DNA of 35,268 nt, from positions 1 to 35,268 of the forward strand of contig CAZOMF010000003.1 in NCBI GenBank assembly GCA_964580635.1, written 5' to 3'. The first letter of the stretch is position 1. Each line of letters begins with the position of its first letter. A program made the position numbers and the translations under genes. The notes beneath the pieces are model-generated. The model was not told the DNA's origin. It made no database searches and saw only the letters and a list, made by a program, of their open reading frames with translations. The DNA is from an uncultured Dehalococcoidaceae bacterium. GTDB lineage: Bacteria > Chloroflexota > Dehalococcoidia > Dehalococcoidales > RBG-16-60-22. Of this stretch, positions 1-7,942 are shown in pieces.

Positions 1-64
1 CCCCAGAAGCGGTCCGGGGCGTGAAGCTTGGTGGTGCCGTGCCGCACCAGGAGCAGTCTGGCCA
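1..64 (-). CDS. histidine phosphatase (phosphoglycerate mutase-like) family protein; N-terminal 21 codons only, gene runs off the left edge
   Basis: The reverse complement of 64..1 reads MARLLLVRHGTTKLHAPDRFWG. LVRHG-T is the RHG catalytic signature of the histidine phosphatase superfamily. The ATG at 64-62 directly abuts the stop (67-65) of the upstream gene. Confidence 0.5.
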
Positions 65-1246
65 TCAGGATTCCGTTCCTTCCATCTCGTCGTCCCCGGC
101 GCCGGCGCGCCGTTTCAGCCGCAGCATGGGGTAGCTGCTGGTGACGCGCCGCAGCTTTTCCAGGGCTTCCTTCAAGCCGGCGTCGAGGCTTTTGTCCTCG
201 ATGAGGGCCTTGAGCCGCCCCTCGTCGAGCTTGCTCACCGCGTCCCACAGCCCCTCCCGTTCGAGGAGGGCCTTGACCTCTCCCTCGTCGAAACCGGTGC
301 GTTCCATGAGCCGGTAGGTCAGCTCGTGACCGGCCCCGTAGATCCGCTTGAGGTCTTCCGCCTCACAGTATTCTACAATCGCCCGGCGGGTACGTTCAAG
401 CTCGTCCTGGAGCGCCTTGATTTCGCTTTGGAGCTCCGCATAGCGCTCCACCGCGGCGGCGGCGTCGAGGGCGCCCGGGTCAGGCAGCGGGGCCTGTTCG
501 TTCTCCTTCGGCAGCTCGAGCACCACTTTATGCCGGTTGTAGGGGCAGTAGGCCGGGAAATCGCAGGGGCAGTAACGGTTCTCCCTGGCCGGGAACTCCT
601 GCCGCGTGATGCGGTCCGCTACGTCGAGGATGAGCTCCCGTGTTTCTTGCAGCACCTCCGGGCTCCTGCCCGGCGCGGAGCAGGGGGTATTGGAGCGCAG
701 GTGGTAGAGGGTCAGCTTCTCGACCGGCAACCGCCACAGCTGCTCGGCGGCGAGCTGGTAGATGGTAAGCTGGAGGTCATTCTCCACGTACTCCGCCGTG
801 AAGAGGTCGCGGTTCGTTTTGTAGTCGATGACGGAGAGCCCACCGCCGTCGAGCTTCGCCACGTGGTCGATATACCCCCGCACCTTGACGCCCTGCACGT
901 CGAGCATGAACAACTTCTCCACTGCGACCGGCATCCGGAAGTCAGGCGCGTGGGTGTTCCAGAAGGTGGTCAGGATTTCCTCGCCGTAGGCTTTGTAGCT
1001 GGCTTCGTCCTCCGGCGTCTCGTAGCCTTCGGAGATCCAGTTGTCGCGGTAGAACACGAGCAGTTTTTCGAGTGAGGGTGGCGGGGGCGTCTTGACACGG
1101 TAGAAGTGCTCCACGCATGCGTGGATGCAGGTGCCGAAGCTGAAGTACCCCTTCTCCGGTTGCGGCAGGTGGTCGATATAGAGCAGCTTGTAGCGCAGCG
1201 GGCATTCCCGGTAGGTGGAGATCTGCGTGTAGCTGAGCGGTCTGAT
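65..1246 (-). CDS. PD-(D/E)XK nuclease, Cas4/AddB-like with four-Cys cluster, plus a charged coiled-coil-like C-terminal extension
   Basis: The nuclease core is GYIDHVAKL...LSVIDYKT (D...D/ExK). The Cys pattern is one N-terminal C (RECPLRY) plus a C-terminal CPCDFPAYC, i.e. C...CxxCx5C. The track starts this ORF at GTG 1114. The same frame stays open up to the GYD stop and encodes the conserved N-terminal motif LSYTQISTYRECPLRYKLLYI. The only SD-preceded start there is ATC 1246-1244, so the start coordinate is uncertain (see finding). Confidence 0.75.
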   Translation of the reverse strand: MRPLSYTQISTYRECPLRYKLLYIDHLPQPEKGYFSFGTCIHACVEHFYRVKTPPPPSLEKLLVFYRDNWISEGYETPEDEASYKAYGEEILTTFWNTHAPDFRMPVAVEKLFMLDVQGVKVRGYIDHVAKLDGGGLSVIDYKTNRDLFTAEYVENDLQLTIYQLAAEQLWRLPVEKLTLYHLRSNTPCSAPGRSPEVLQETRELILDVADRITRQEFPARENRYCPCDFPAYCPYNRHKVVLELPKENEQAPLPDPGALDAAAAVERYAELQSEIKALQDELERTRRAIVEYCEAEDLKRIYGAGHELTYRLMERTGFDEGEVKALLEREGLWDAVSKLDEGRLKALIEDKSLDAGLKEALEKLRRVTSSYPMLRLKRRAGAGDDEMEGTES

Positions 1247-1273
1247 GGGCGGGCCTCCGGTGCGCCGGCAAGT

Positions 1274-1558
1274 CTACTCCACGGCGTCGATGAAATCGTC
1301 GAGGGTCATGGCGGAGATCGTGTTGGTGGTGAGGGTGCCGCGCGAGCCGAGCTCGATAGCCACCTTGGCGATGGTCTCGGCGTCGGGCGCTTCGAGGACG
1401 TTGATGAAGTCGTACTGGCCCAGCGCGACATACTGCGCCACGATGCTGACGCCCATCGCCTCGACCTCCTTGTTGACCTCCTTGATGCGCCGCGGGTTGG
1501 CCTTGACGGTCTTGCGCCCCTCGTCGGTCAAAGTGGACATCATGATGTACAGCGGCAT
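1274..1558 (-). CDS. GYD domain-containing protein
   Basis: MPLYIMMSTLTDEGRKTVKANPRRIKEVNKEVEAMGVSIVAQYVALGQYDFINVLEAPD has the typical GYD-family length and the GQYDF motif. GGAGG/GGGAGG lies a few nt upstream of the internal ATG at 1558. The track start at 1594 adds 12 implausible residues. Confidence 0.8.
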   Translation of the reverse strand: MPLYIMMSTLTDEGRKTVKANPRRIKEVNKEVEAMGVSIVAQYVALGQYDFINVLEAPDAETIAKVAIELGSRGTLTTNTISAMTLDDFIDAVE

Positions 1559-1670
1559 ACGGTTCCTCCCGCCTCCGGCGCGGTATACCGGCATTATAGG
1601 AGGAACGTCCCGGTTTGTCCATAACGCCCCGGATTTTCCGGGAAAATAATATACCCCCAGGGGGTAGGCA

Positions 1671-1699
1671 TTGTTATCGACCGGATAACCCGGTACAAT
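1671..1699 (+). promoter_or_regulatory. candidate sigma70-type promoter upstream of ccdA (TTGTTA-N17-TACAAT)
   Basis: The hexamers are TTGTTA at 1671-1676 and TACAAT at 1694-1699, with a 17-nt spacer. The -10 sits only about 12 nt from the ATG at 1711, so the transcript would be nearly leaderless. That makes the call weak. Confidence 0.25.
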
Positions 1700-1710
1700 G
1701 GAAGGAGTTT

Positions 1711-2403
1711 ATGAACGACTCTGTATCGTTGCTGGTGGCTTTCGGCGGGGGACTGGTCTCCTTCGTATCCCCGTGCGTCTTGCCGATGGTGCCCGTCTAC
1801 CTGGCCAGCCTCTACGGCCCGGAGCTGTTCGAGCGCCGCGGTTTCCGTCCGGCGGTGCTCTTCCATGCCTTGAGCTTCGTCATCGGCTTCGCCATCGTAT
1901 TCGTGCTGCTCGGCGCCATCGCCGGGCTGACAGGGTATTCCATCATCCCCAACTACCATACGTTATCGAAAATCGCGGGCTGGGTGCTCATCGCCTTCGG
2001 GGCGTTTATCGTCGCCTCCTACTGGGTGCCCTGGCTCAACTACGAGCGGCACCTCCACACCGGCGCGGGCCGTACTACCGGCTACCTGCGCTCCGTCATC
2101 ATCGGGGCGGTGTTCTCGGTGAGCTGGACGGCCTGCGTCGGGCCTATCCTCGGCAGCATCCTCGCCATCGCGACCGTCCAGGCGACGGCCTGGAGAGGGG
2201 CCTTGCTGCTGGCGGTCTATTCGCTGGGGCTCGGACTGCCGTTCCTCATCATCGGCGCCGCTTTCGACTGGCTCTTGCCCCTGCTGAAACGCGTCAACCG
2301 CTATGCCGGCGTTATCCGTCTGGCGAGCGGGGCGCTCCTCCTCATCATCGGCGTACTCGTCCTCACCGGCCGGCTGACGTTTTTACAATCGCTGGCCGGG
2401 TAG
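1711..2403 (+). CDS. ccdA: cytochrome c biogenesis / thiol-disulfide electron transporter CcdA (DsbD-family membrane protein)
   Basis: It is polytopic and hydrophobic. Two conserved Cys-containing segments are present: FVSPCVLPMVPVYL and SWTACVGPILGSIL. GGAAGGAG lies 4 nt upstream of the ATG at 1711. The track ORF start at 1615 is upstream of that SD. Confidence 0.85.
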   Translation: MNDSVSLLVAFGGGLVSFVSPCVLPMVPVYLASLYGPELFERRGFRPAVLFHALSFVIGFAIVFVLLGAIAGLTGYSIIPNYHTLSKIAGWVLIAFGAFIVASYWVPWLNYERHLHTGAGRTTGYLRSVIIGAVFSVSWTACVGPILGSILAIATVQATAWRGALLLAVYSLGLGLPFLIIGAAFDWLLPLLKRVNRYAGVIRLASGALLLIIGVLVLTGRLTFLQSLAG

Positions 2404-2425
2404 TACAATAAAAATAGGAGATACC

Positions 2426-3016
2426 ATGAAGCTGCCGAAAACGATATTCCTGCTGGCCGTGCTCGCGCTGATGCTGGCGCCGGCACTGGCCGCCTGCGCG
2501 CCGAACAATACCATCATCGTGGGTGGAAACCCCGGCGCCACACCCTCCGCGACCGCGACGGCCGTCAACAGCGCACCGCTGCCGGCCCCCGGCCGCACCG
2601 CCCCGGCCATTTCACTGACCTCCCTCCAGGGCCAAACGGTAAAACTGTCCGACTTCCTCGGCAAGCCGGTGCTCGTCAACTTCTTCGCCACCTGGTGCGG
2701 CCCCTGCCGCTCCGAGATGGGCTATCTCCAGTCCGTCGACCAGAACCCCGAGTTCCAACAGGCCGGCTTCACGCTCATCGAGGTGAATATTCAGGAGGAC
2801 GCCGGCACCGTGCAGAAATTTCTCCAGGATAATGGACTGGACTTCAGTTCCCTGCTGCTTGATACCGACGCCGTCGCCGCACAAGCCTACAACGTCAACG
2901 GCATCCCGGCCAGCTTCTTCATCGACAGGAATGGTATAATACAGAAGGTGAAGATAGGCGCCTACGCCGACCAGACCGCGCTGGAGCGGGACGTACAGGC
3001 CCTCATCAACCGGTAA
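2426..3016 (+). CDS. TlpA/ResA-family thioredoxin-like thiol-disulfide oxidoreductase, lipoprotein
   Basis: The signal peptide carries the lipobox LAACAP. The thioredoxin active site is FFATWCGPCRSE. It sits immediately downstream of ccdA, preceded by a GGAGA SD. Confidence 0.85.
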   Translation: MKLPKTIFLLAVLALMLAPALAACAPNNTIIVGGNPGATPSATATAVNSAPLPAPGRTAPAISLTSLQGQTVKLSDFLGKPVLVNFFATWCGPCRSEMGYLQSVDQNPEFQQAGFTLIEVNIQEDAGTVQKFLQDNGLDFSSLLLDTDAVAAQAYNVNGIPASFFIDRNGIIQKVKIGAYADQTALERDVQALINR

Positions 3017-3024
3017 GGGGGAAC

Positions 3025-3342
3025 ATGGACGATAACGATATCCTCAACGAGGCCTACGCCATCGCGCAGTGCAAGGACTGCGCCTGGTACAAGGCCTGTG
3101 TCATCCCGATGCGCTTCACCGCCGAGGACATCCGGCGGCAGATGGAGCAGCAGATGCCGGGTACGGCCGTTCCGCCGAACATGGACCTCGGCATGGAGAA
3201 CCTGCTCTCCAGCATGGCCACCGCGGCCCAGAACTCGCTGCTGGAGGGCTGCCCGGTGTTCATCACCCGTCTCCGCAGCAGCCAGAAGCTCGCCCAGCGC
3301 ATCAAGGAGCTCATGCAGCACTGGGGCGAGGACGAAGAGTAG
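3025..3342 (+). CDS. hypothetical small four-Cys protein, co-oriented with ccdA-tlpA
   Basis: It is 105 aa, with CKDCAWYKAC (Cx2Cx5C) plus a fourth Cys (EGCPVF). The ATG lies 8 nt after the tlpA stop, with GGGGGA upstream. I recognise no family. Confidence 0.55.
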   Translation: MDDNDILNEAYAIAQCKDCAWYKACVIPMRFTAEDIRRQMEQQMPGTAVPPNMDLGMENLLSSMATAAQNSLLEGCPVFITRLRSSQKLAQRIKELMQHWGEDEE

Positions 3343-3345
3343 ACC

Positions 3346-4116
3346 TTACTCTTCCGATAGTTTCAGCGCTTCCCGCTCCTCATCGGTCAGGGAAGCGGTA
3401 AATTCCCTGACCTTCCGCCGTCCCGCCTCCGTGGCGGTCACTTTGCCGTCCGTCACCGTCACGTAGCCCACTAGTTCCAGCTCCCCGACGAGTATCGCGT
3501 TTATCTTCCGCCCCAGGTAGGGGTAGATACCTTCGATCTCTTCCTGGCTGAACAGCCCGGGCACGTCGTCTATCGGCGTGCTGGGGTGTTTCGCCACCCC
3601 CGCCAGGATGGTCATGGCGCGGCGGAAGTAGGGGAGGGCGTCGCCGCGGTCGGCCAGGTCGTACGCCTCCACTTCGAGCTGCGCCAGCGTGTGCTGGTCG
3701 CCGCAGGTGACGGTGATGGTCCGTTTCTCCGTCCCGGCGCCGATGAAGTAGCGGCCCTGCGGCGGGTTATCGAAGAGCGTCTCGTCCGGGGCGTAGACGT
3801 AGTCCTCGTCTTCCCGCTCCAGGGTGGGGCGGAAGCCGACCCCGTCGTACTTCTTATAGGCCGGGTCGAATTTGCTGAGCGGTGAGTGCCAGAAAGGAAA
3901 GTAAGAGCCGGCCGCCTCGCCTTCCTTGTGGCGCCCGCCGGAAGCAAATATCTCGTTGAACGCCTTGGCCAGGTTCGGCATGATGGAGGGGCACACCCGC
4001 CCGGCGATGGTCTCGCCGTCGTAGGTGATGACGTCCCCCACCTTGTAGCGGAAGTGGCAGGGATAGCGCTCCTCGTCTTTGAGGAACCCGATGACCGTTG
4101 CTTTTACCTTGAACAT
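3346..4116 (-). CDS. hypothetical protein with N-terminal TIGR04076-like domain
   Basis: It is 256 aa with normal amino-acid composition. The N-terminus MFKVKATVIGF...YPCHFRYKVGDVITYDG...GRVCPSIMPNL...GG resembles the small Cys-containing TIGR04076 family pattern. That assignment is from memory and is not verified. Confidence 0.55.
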   Translation of the reverse strand: MFKVKATVIGFLKDEERYPCHFRYKVGDVITYDGETIAGRVCPSIMPNLAKAFNEIFASGGRHKEGEAAGSYFPFWHSPLSKFDPAYKKYDGVGFRPTLEREDEDYVYAPDETLFDNPPQGRYFIGAGTEKRTITVTCGDQHTLAQLEVEAYDLADRGDALPYFRRAMTILAGVAKHPSTPIDDVPGLFSQEEIEGIYPYLGRKINAILVGELELVGYVTVTDGKVTATEAGRRKVREFTASLTDEEREALKLSEE

Positions 4117-4135
4117 GGTACGACTCCTCTGTGCT

Positions 4136-4789
4136 TCAGTCCGCGTAGCGGTTCGCCAGCTCCGCCAGGCGGCGGTAGGCCGCCCCCGGGTCGTCCTGGC
4201 GGAAGATGGCCGAGCCGATGTAGATGACGTCCGCCCCGGCCGGGACGATGGTAGGAATGGTGTCCCCGCTTACGCCGCCGTCCACGCCTATCTCCAGGCG
4301 CGGGTATTGCTTCCGGAACGCCTTGACTTTGTCCATGACCTCGGGGAGGAACTTCGCGCCGTAGTAGCCGGGATGGACGGACATGAAGAGCACGCCGTCG
4401 AGGATATTCGTGAACGGCGCAATGGCCTCGACGGGCGTCTCCGGGTTGACGGCCAGCCCGGCCTCCAGGCCGAGCGCGTGGATTTTCTCGATGATGACCT
4501 CCGGCGAGGCGGTCGCCTCGAAGTGAAAGACGATCCGCCTGGCCCCGGCGTCCTTGTAGTCCTGCAGGTACTGCTCCGGGTGGACGACCATCAGATGGAC
4601 CTCCCAGCCGATGCGCGGGTGGAGGGAAACGATGTCCGCACAGGTGACGGACGAGGACGGCACGAACTGTCCGTCCATGATATCGAACTGGACGAAGTCC
4701 GTGAACCGCTCCGCCTGGGCCACCAGTCTCCCCAGGATGATCGGGTCATCCGTAAGTACCGCCGGCACGGTGCGGACCGTCCTGCTCAC
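4136..4789 (-). CDS. rpe: ribulose-phosphate 3-epimerase family protein
   Basis: Motifs seen are FDIMDGQFVP, EVHLMV, FMSVHPGYYGAKF and IGVDGGV, which are characteristic of Rpe TIM-barrel enzymes. Confidence 0.8.
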   Translation of the reverse strand: MSRTVRTVPAVLTDDPIILGRLVAQAERFTDFVQFDIMDGQFVPSSSVTCADIVSLHPRIGWEVHLMVVHPEQYLQDYKDAGARRIVFHFEATASPEVIIEKIHALGLEAGLAVNPETPVEAIAPFTNILDGVLFMSVHPGYYGAKFLPEVMDKVKAFRKQYPRLEIGVDGGVSGDTIPTIVPAGADVIYIGSAIFRQDDPGAAYRRLAELANRYAD

Positions 4790-4885
4790 GCTGCCTCCTG
4801 GAATACGTACGATGTGCCGGGAGACCGGTCACGCCTCATTGTAGGGACGCGTTTTTCCGTATGTCAAGCCGTAACGAAAGTCATC

Positions 4886-4914
4886 TTGACAGTCGGCCCG
4901 TAATGCCCTAGCCT
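4886..4914 (+). promoter_or_regulatory. candidate promoter for the 4946 lipoprotein gene (TTGACA-N17-TAGCCT)
   Basis: There is a perfect -35 TTGACA at 4886-4891, a 17-nt spacer and a weak -10 TAGCCT at 4909-4914. It lies about 30 nt upstream of the ATG at 4946. Confidence 0.3.
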
Positions 4915-4945
4915 TTTAGTAGAGAGTGCGAAGGGACGCGAAGCC

Positions 4946-5938
4946 ATGAAACAGCCGCCGACTCGCAGGAAGAAAGCTTGGTTGGCGCTGGCGGGCCTGC
5001 TACTCGTCGCGCTGCTGCTCCCGCTGGCCGGCTGCGACCTGCCGGTGCCTTCGCCCCCGACCTCCGGCCCGCTCGCCGTGGCCGAAACCCTCGTGCCGGA
5101 CATTCACCTCGATGTCTACACCTACATCGAACAGCCGCAGCCCACGGTGCTGCCGCTCGAGATCCTCCAGGCGCCCGCCGACCTCTCCGTCGTTTCCCTG
5201 GCCATGTGGGGCGTGACGACGGATACCGCCTTCGCCTGGGGCGGCGCTTTAACCATGACAAGCCCGGATGAGGCGGCCCGGACCATCGCCGATGTCCCCT
5301 CCGACGCCCACATCTGGACGAAGCAGGACGGCGCCGTCGTCTACTTCGTGGACGAAGACGGTACCACCGCTGCGGCGAACATGAAATCGGCTATCTCCGG
5401 TGGAAATCTCGTCAAGTATAACTTCCGACCCGGCATCGACGCCCTTTCCTTCTACCCGGACGGCGGCTCCACGCTGGCCCTTGCCGCGGCGGCGGCCGAA
5501 CCGGGCGATGCGCTCGTCAAGCTCATCACTGCCCAGGCCACGGAGGAGACGAAGTCCCTCGTCTCCACCCTCACCAAGTCTTCCGGTATCAAGGTCGTGA
5601 CCGCCGGCCTCTACGCGGCCGCGCCCATCGATATCCGCTCCGTTGCCCAGCACCCGACGCTCCAGTCCATCATCGATCTCAACGCCGGGGTGCTGGTATC
5701 CATCAAGTCCGACTGGCCCGGCTTCATCGTTGGAATGCTGGCCGGCAACGCCATCAGCGGGGCCGGGTACGAGAAAGGCACGCTCGGTGACATAGAGGTC
5801 TACCGGGGCTCCATCGATGCTGGTGGGGGAGCGCGTGTGCAGGTGGTCATCCGGGTCAGCGGCAACCGTATCTTCGCGGCGATATCCGGTCAGCAATCGT
5901 ATGCGGAGGCACTCATTGCGGGAATACATACGCGGTAG
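4946..5938 (+). CDS. hypothetical lipoprotein
   Basis: The N-terminus MKQPPTRRKKAWLALAGLLLVALLLPLAGCDL is a signal peptide with lipobox. The rest is Ala/Gly/Thr-rich and soluble-looking. I recognise no family. Confidence 0.65.
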   Translation: MKQPPTRRKKAWLALAGLLLVALLLPLAGCDLPVPSPPTSGPLAVAETLVPDIHLDVYTYIEQPQPTVLPLEILQAPADLSVVSLAMWGVTTDTAFAWGGALTMTSPDEAARTIADVPSDAHIWTKQDGAVVYFVDEDGTTAAANMKSAISGGNLVKYNFRPGIDALSFYPDGGSTLALAAAAAEPGDALVKLITAQATEETKSLVSTLTKSSGIKVVTAGLYAAAPIDIRSVAQHPTLQSIIDLNAGVLVSIKSDWPGFIVGMLAGNAISGAGYEKGTLGDIEVYRGSIDAGGGARVQVVIRVSGNRIFAAISGQQSYAEALIAGIHTR

Positions 5939-5972
5939 TCCCCGGCGTCCGGCGGCTTCAGGTTCTCCGGCT

Positions 5973-6010
5973 CGCGGCGCGCTCCTTCCGAGGGGCGCGC
6001 CGCGTTTTTT
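5973..6010 (+). terminator. rho-independent terminator after the lipoprotein gene
   Basis: A perfect 10-bp GC stem pairs cgcggcgcgc (5973-5982) with gcgcgccgcg (5995-6004). It is followed by TTTTTT at 6005-6010. Confidence 0.75.
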
Positions 6011-6148
6011 CTCCCGGTGTCATTCTTTACGGAAAATTAAGCGTTTCTTTACGGTTTTTTTACAGTCTTTATCCCGGTTTTTACACCCGTGTGCCACAAT
6101 AATGAGAGTGGCCCGGAATCTGGACCGGGCCACGATGGGGAACAACAA

Positions 6149-6448
6149 GTGAAGGTAGCTATAAGTTTCGTAGCGGGTGTCATTCTTTGCGCCCTCATGC
6201 TCATCGGTGTGAGGACGCTGCTCCCGACGCAGGCCGAAACCTCCATCGACACGGCGTCTGACAACACCACCAACTCCTTCCTCAACATGCTGCCGAACAT
6301 CGAGAAGATCTACCGTGATTCCCTGCTCATGCCATTCCAGAAGGCGGCGTCCAAGATCTACGACAAGGACATCGCCGAGTACTACCAGCAGCTCCTCGAC
6401 GCGACCGGCCTCTCCGAACCCATCGATCAGCCCGCCAACCAGCCATAA
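6149..6448 (+). CDS. hypothetical small membrane-anchored protein
   Basis: An in-frame GTG at 6149 gives VKVAISFVAGVILCALMLIGV (one TM) followed by a polar tail. The track start at 6089 adds a Gly/Pro/Ser-rich non-protein-like extension. No homology is recognised. Confidence 0.4.
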   Translation: MKVAISFVAGVILCALMLIGVRTLLPTQAETSIDTASDNTTNSFLNMLPNIEKIYRDSLLMPFQKAASKIYDKDIAEYYQQLLDATGLSEPIDQPANQP

Positions 6449-6810
6449 AGAAGCGGGAGTGCCCTTTCGAGCGCCCCCGCTGTATGGTCCCTTACCTTGT
6501 TCCGGCTCACCGTGGTGGGATACCACCCTGCCGCGCCTTTCACTTTCTGTACTCAGCGCCGGTCTTTGCGTGTACGAGCCGGATCGGGCTTCCTCGAGCC
6601 CTGCCGCAAGGCAGGGCTGTATGAATCGACTTGCCAGACTCCAAAAAGCCCATGTAATCTCACCTCGTACCTCCCATGGAAGATTCAGGCTGTACCATGA
6701 GCTTCCGGTTTCATGCTACCTCCCGGTTTTTGAGCCTGTCAAGACGTGACCAGCTAGACCGGGAGGCTTGTTACGGAAATTTAACAAAATTGCGGCTTAA
6801 GATACCGTGG

Positions 6811-6844
6811 AAAAAAGGAGGCGGCCCGCCAGAGGCGGGCCGCC
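6811..6844 (-). terminator. rho-independent terminator of the SDR gene
   Basis: A perfect 11-bp stem pairs ggcggcccgcc (6820-6830) with ggcgggccgcc (6834-6844) around a 3-nt loop. On the minus strand it is followed by UCCUUUUUU (plus-strand aaaaaagga at 6811-6819). Confidence 0.8.
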
Positions 6845-6868
6845 CCGTTGATGCCGGGCTTCTGAGGT

Positions 6869-7633
6869 CTACATGACCGAGGCGCCGGAGACGTGCAGCA
6901 CCTGGCCGGAGATGTCGACGGCGGTCACATCCGAGGCAAAGAACAACGTCGCGTTGGCGATATCGCTCGGCGCGGTTGCCCGTCCCAGCGGGATCTCCTT
7001 GATGAGCCGGTCGACGACTGCCTGCTTGTCGTCCGCCTTGATGAAATTGGTCGGGGAGGGCCCGGGGGCCACGCAGTTAACGCGGATATGGTTCCCGGCC
7101 TCCACGAACGCCAGCTGCTTGGTGAAGACATCGATGGCGGCCTTGGCCTGCGCGTACACGCCGACGCCGTGACTGTACATGTGGCTGCTGCCGGAGCCGA
7201 TGTTGACGATGGCGCCGCCGCCCTGCTGCCGCATCTGGGGGACGACCGCCGCCGCCATTAGCATGGGATTGAAGAGGTTGAGGGCGATCTCCTTCTCCCA
7301 GATTTCCGGCTTCTGCTGCTCGATGGGCCCGCCGCCCATGATGCCGCCGGCCACGTTGCAGAGGATATCGATGCGTCCGTACTCCTCGATGACCTGCTTG
7401 ACCATGGCATCGACGTCGTCCTTCTTGGTCGCGTCCGCCTTGATGGCCACGGCCTTGACACCCATTTTCTTGAGCGTATCGGCGGTGAGCTTGACGTCGT
7501 CCAGGTTGATGTCCGTGACGGCGATGCTGGAGCACCCTTCCCGCGCCAGCGTGATGGCGATTTCCTTCCCGAAGCCGATCTGGCTGCCGGCGCCGGTCAC
7601 GAGGGCCACTTTACCTTTAAATCCCAGATCCAT
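6869..7633 (-). CDS. SDR-family oxidoreductase (FabG-like)
   Basis: VALVTGAGSQIGFG is the TGxxxGxG motif. NVAG, the catalytic YAQAKAA (YxxxK) and PGPSPT are also present. An AGGAGG SD lies upstream of the ATG at 7633. Confidence 0.85.
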   Translation of the reverse strand: MDLGFKGKVALVTGAGSQIGFGKEIAITLAREGCSSIAVTDINLDDVKLTADTLKKMGVKAVAIKADATKKDDVDAMVKQVIEEYGRIDILCNVAGGIMGGGPIEQQKPEIWEKEIALNLFNPMLMAAAVVPQMRQQGGGAIVNIGSGSSHMYSHGVGVYAQAKAAIDVFTKQLAFVEAGNHIRVNCVAPGPSPTNFIKADDKQAVVDRLIKEIPLGRATAPSDIANATLFFASDVTAVDISGQVLHVSGASVM

Positions 7634-7668
7634 GGGTACCTCCTGTTTTCACGTCGAAATTCCGCACC

Positions 7669-7698
7669 ATTATATAACAAACACCCGGCGGAGTGGAA
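7669..7698 (-). promoter_or_regulatory. candidate promoter of the SDR gene (-10 TATAAT)
   Basis: The minus strand reads ...TTCCACTCCGCCGGGTGTTTGTTATATAATGG. There is a perfect TATAAT (plus coordinates 7674-7669) about 35 nt upstream of the ATG. The -35 is weak (TTCCAC). Confidence 0.35.
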
Positions 7699-7756
7699 AC
7701 GGAACACAGGAGATAGTGAGGAGCCGCAGACAAATTTCCGGTGGTCAGAAAATACG

Positions 7757-7788
7757 AAAAAAGGGAGCAGCGCCGTATCGCTGCTCCC
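7757..7788 (-). terminator. rho-independent terminator closing the peptide-maturation operon
   Basis: A perfect 10-bp stem pairs gggagcagcg (7763-7772) with cgctgctccc (7779-7788). On the minus strand it is followed by UUUUUU (plus-strand aaaaaa at 7757-7762). It lies about 155 nt downstream of the small ORF stop. Confidence 0.75.
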
Positions 7789-7942
7789 TTTCCCAGGAAA
7801 GGGATGGCTCTGGTCCATTGTCGAGCGGAACGGCAGCCCCCGGAACGATGAGGCTGACACCTCATCATCTTTGGAGCATCGATGTAATCGATCCCTCGTC
7901 GCGAGAAATGAGGTCGGAAAGGGTGCCTTCCGTTACGGCGGT

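Noticed and set aside
6450-6775. Whether the ORF-free structured spacer is RNase P RNA, tmRNA, SRP RNA, 6S RNA, or a cobalamin, TPP or ydaO riboswitch.
   Set aside because: I could not find the universal cores on either strand. Missing were GAGGAAAGUCC and ACAGAA-N-GGCUUA for RNase P, a tRNA-like GGUUCGA...CCACCA end for tmRNA, GGAAGCAGCC for SRP, GCCACUG for B12, and CUGAGA...ACCUGA for TPP. It is kept only as an unclassified candidate. A covariance-model scan is needed.
7617-7868. An 83-aa minus-strand ORF, and the overlapping 87-aa ORF 7597..7860, considered as a second peptide or extra gene downstream of the precursor.
   Set aside because: It reads straight through the strong terminator hairpin (7757-7788), the SDR promoter and the SDR start. 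It has no SD and its composition is implausible.
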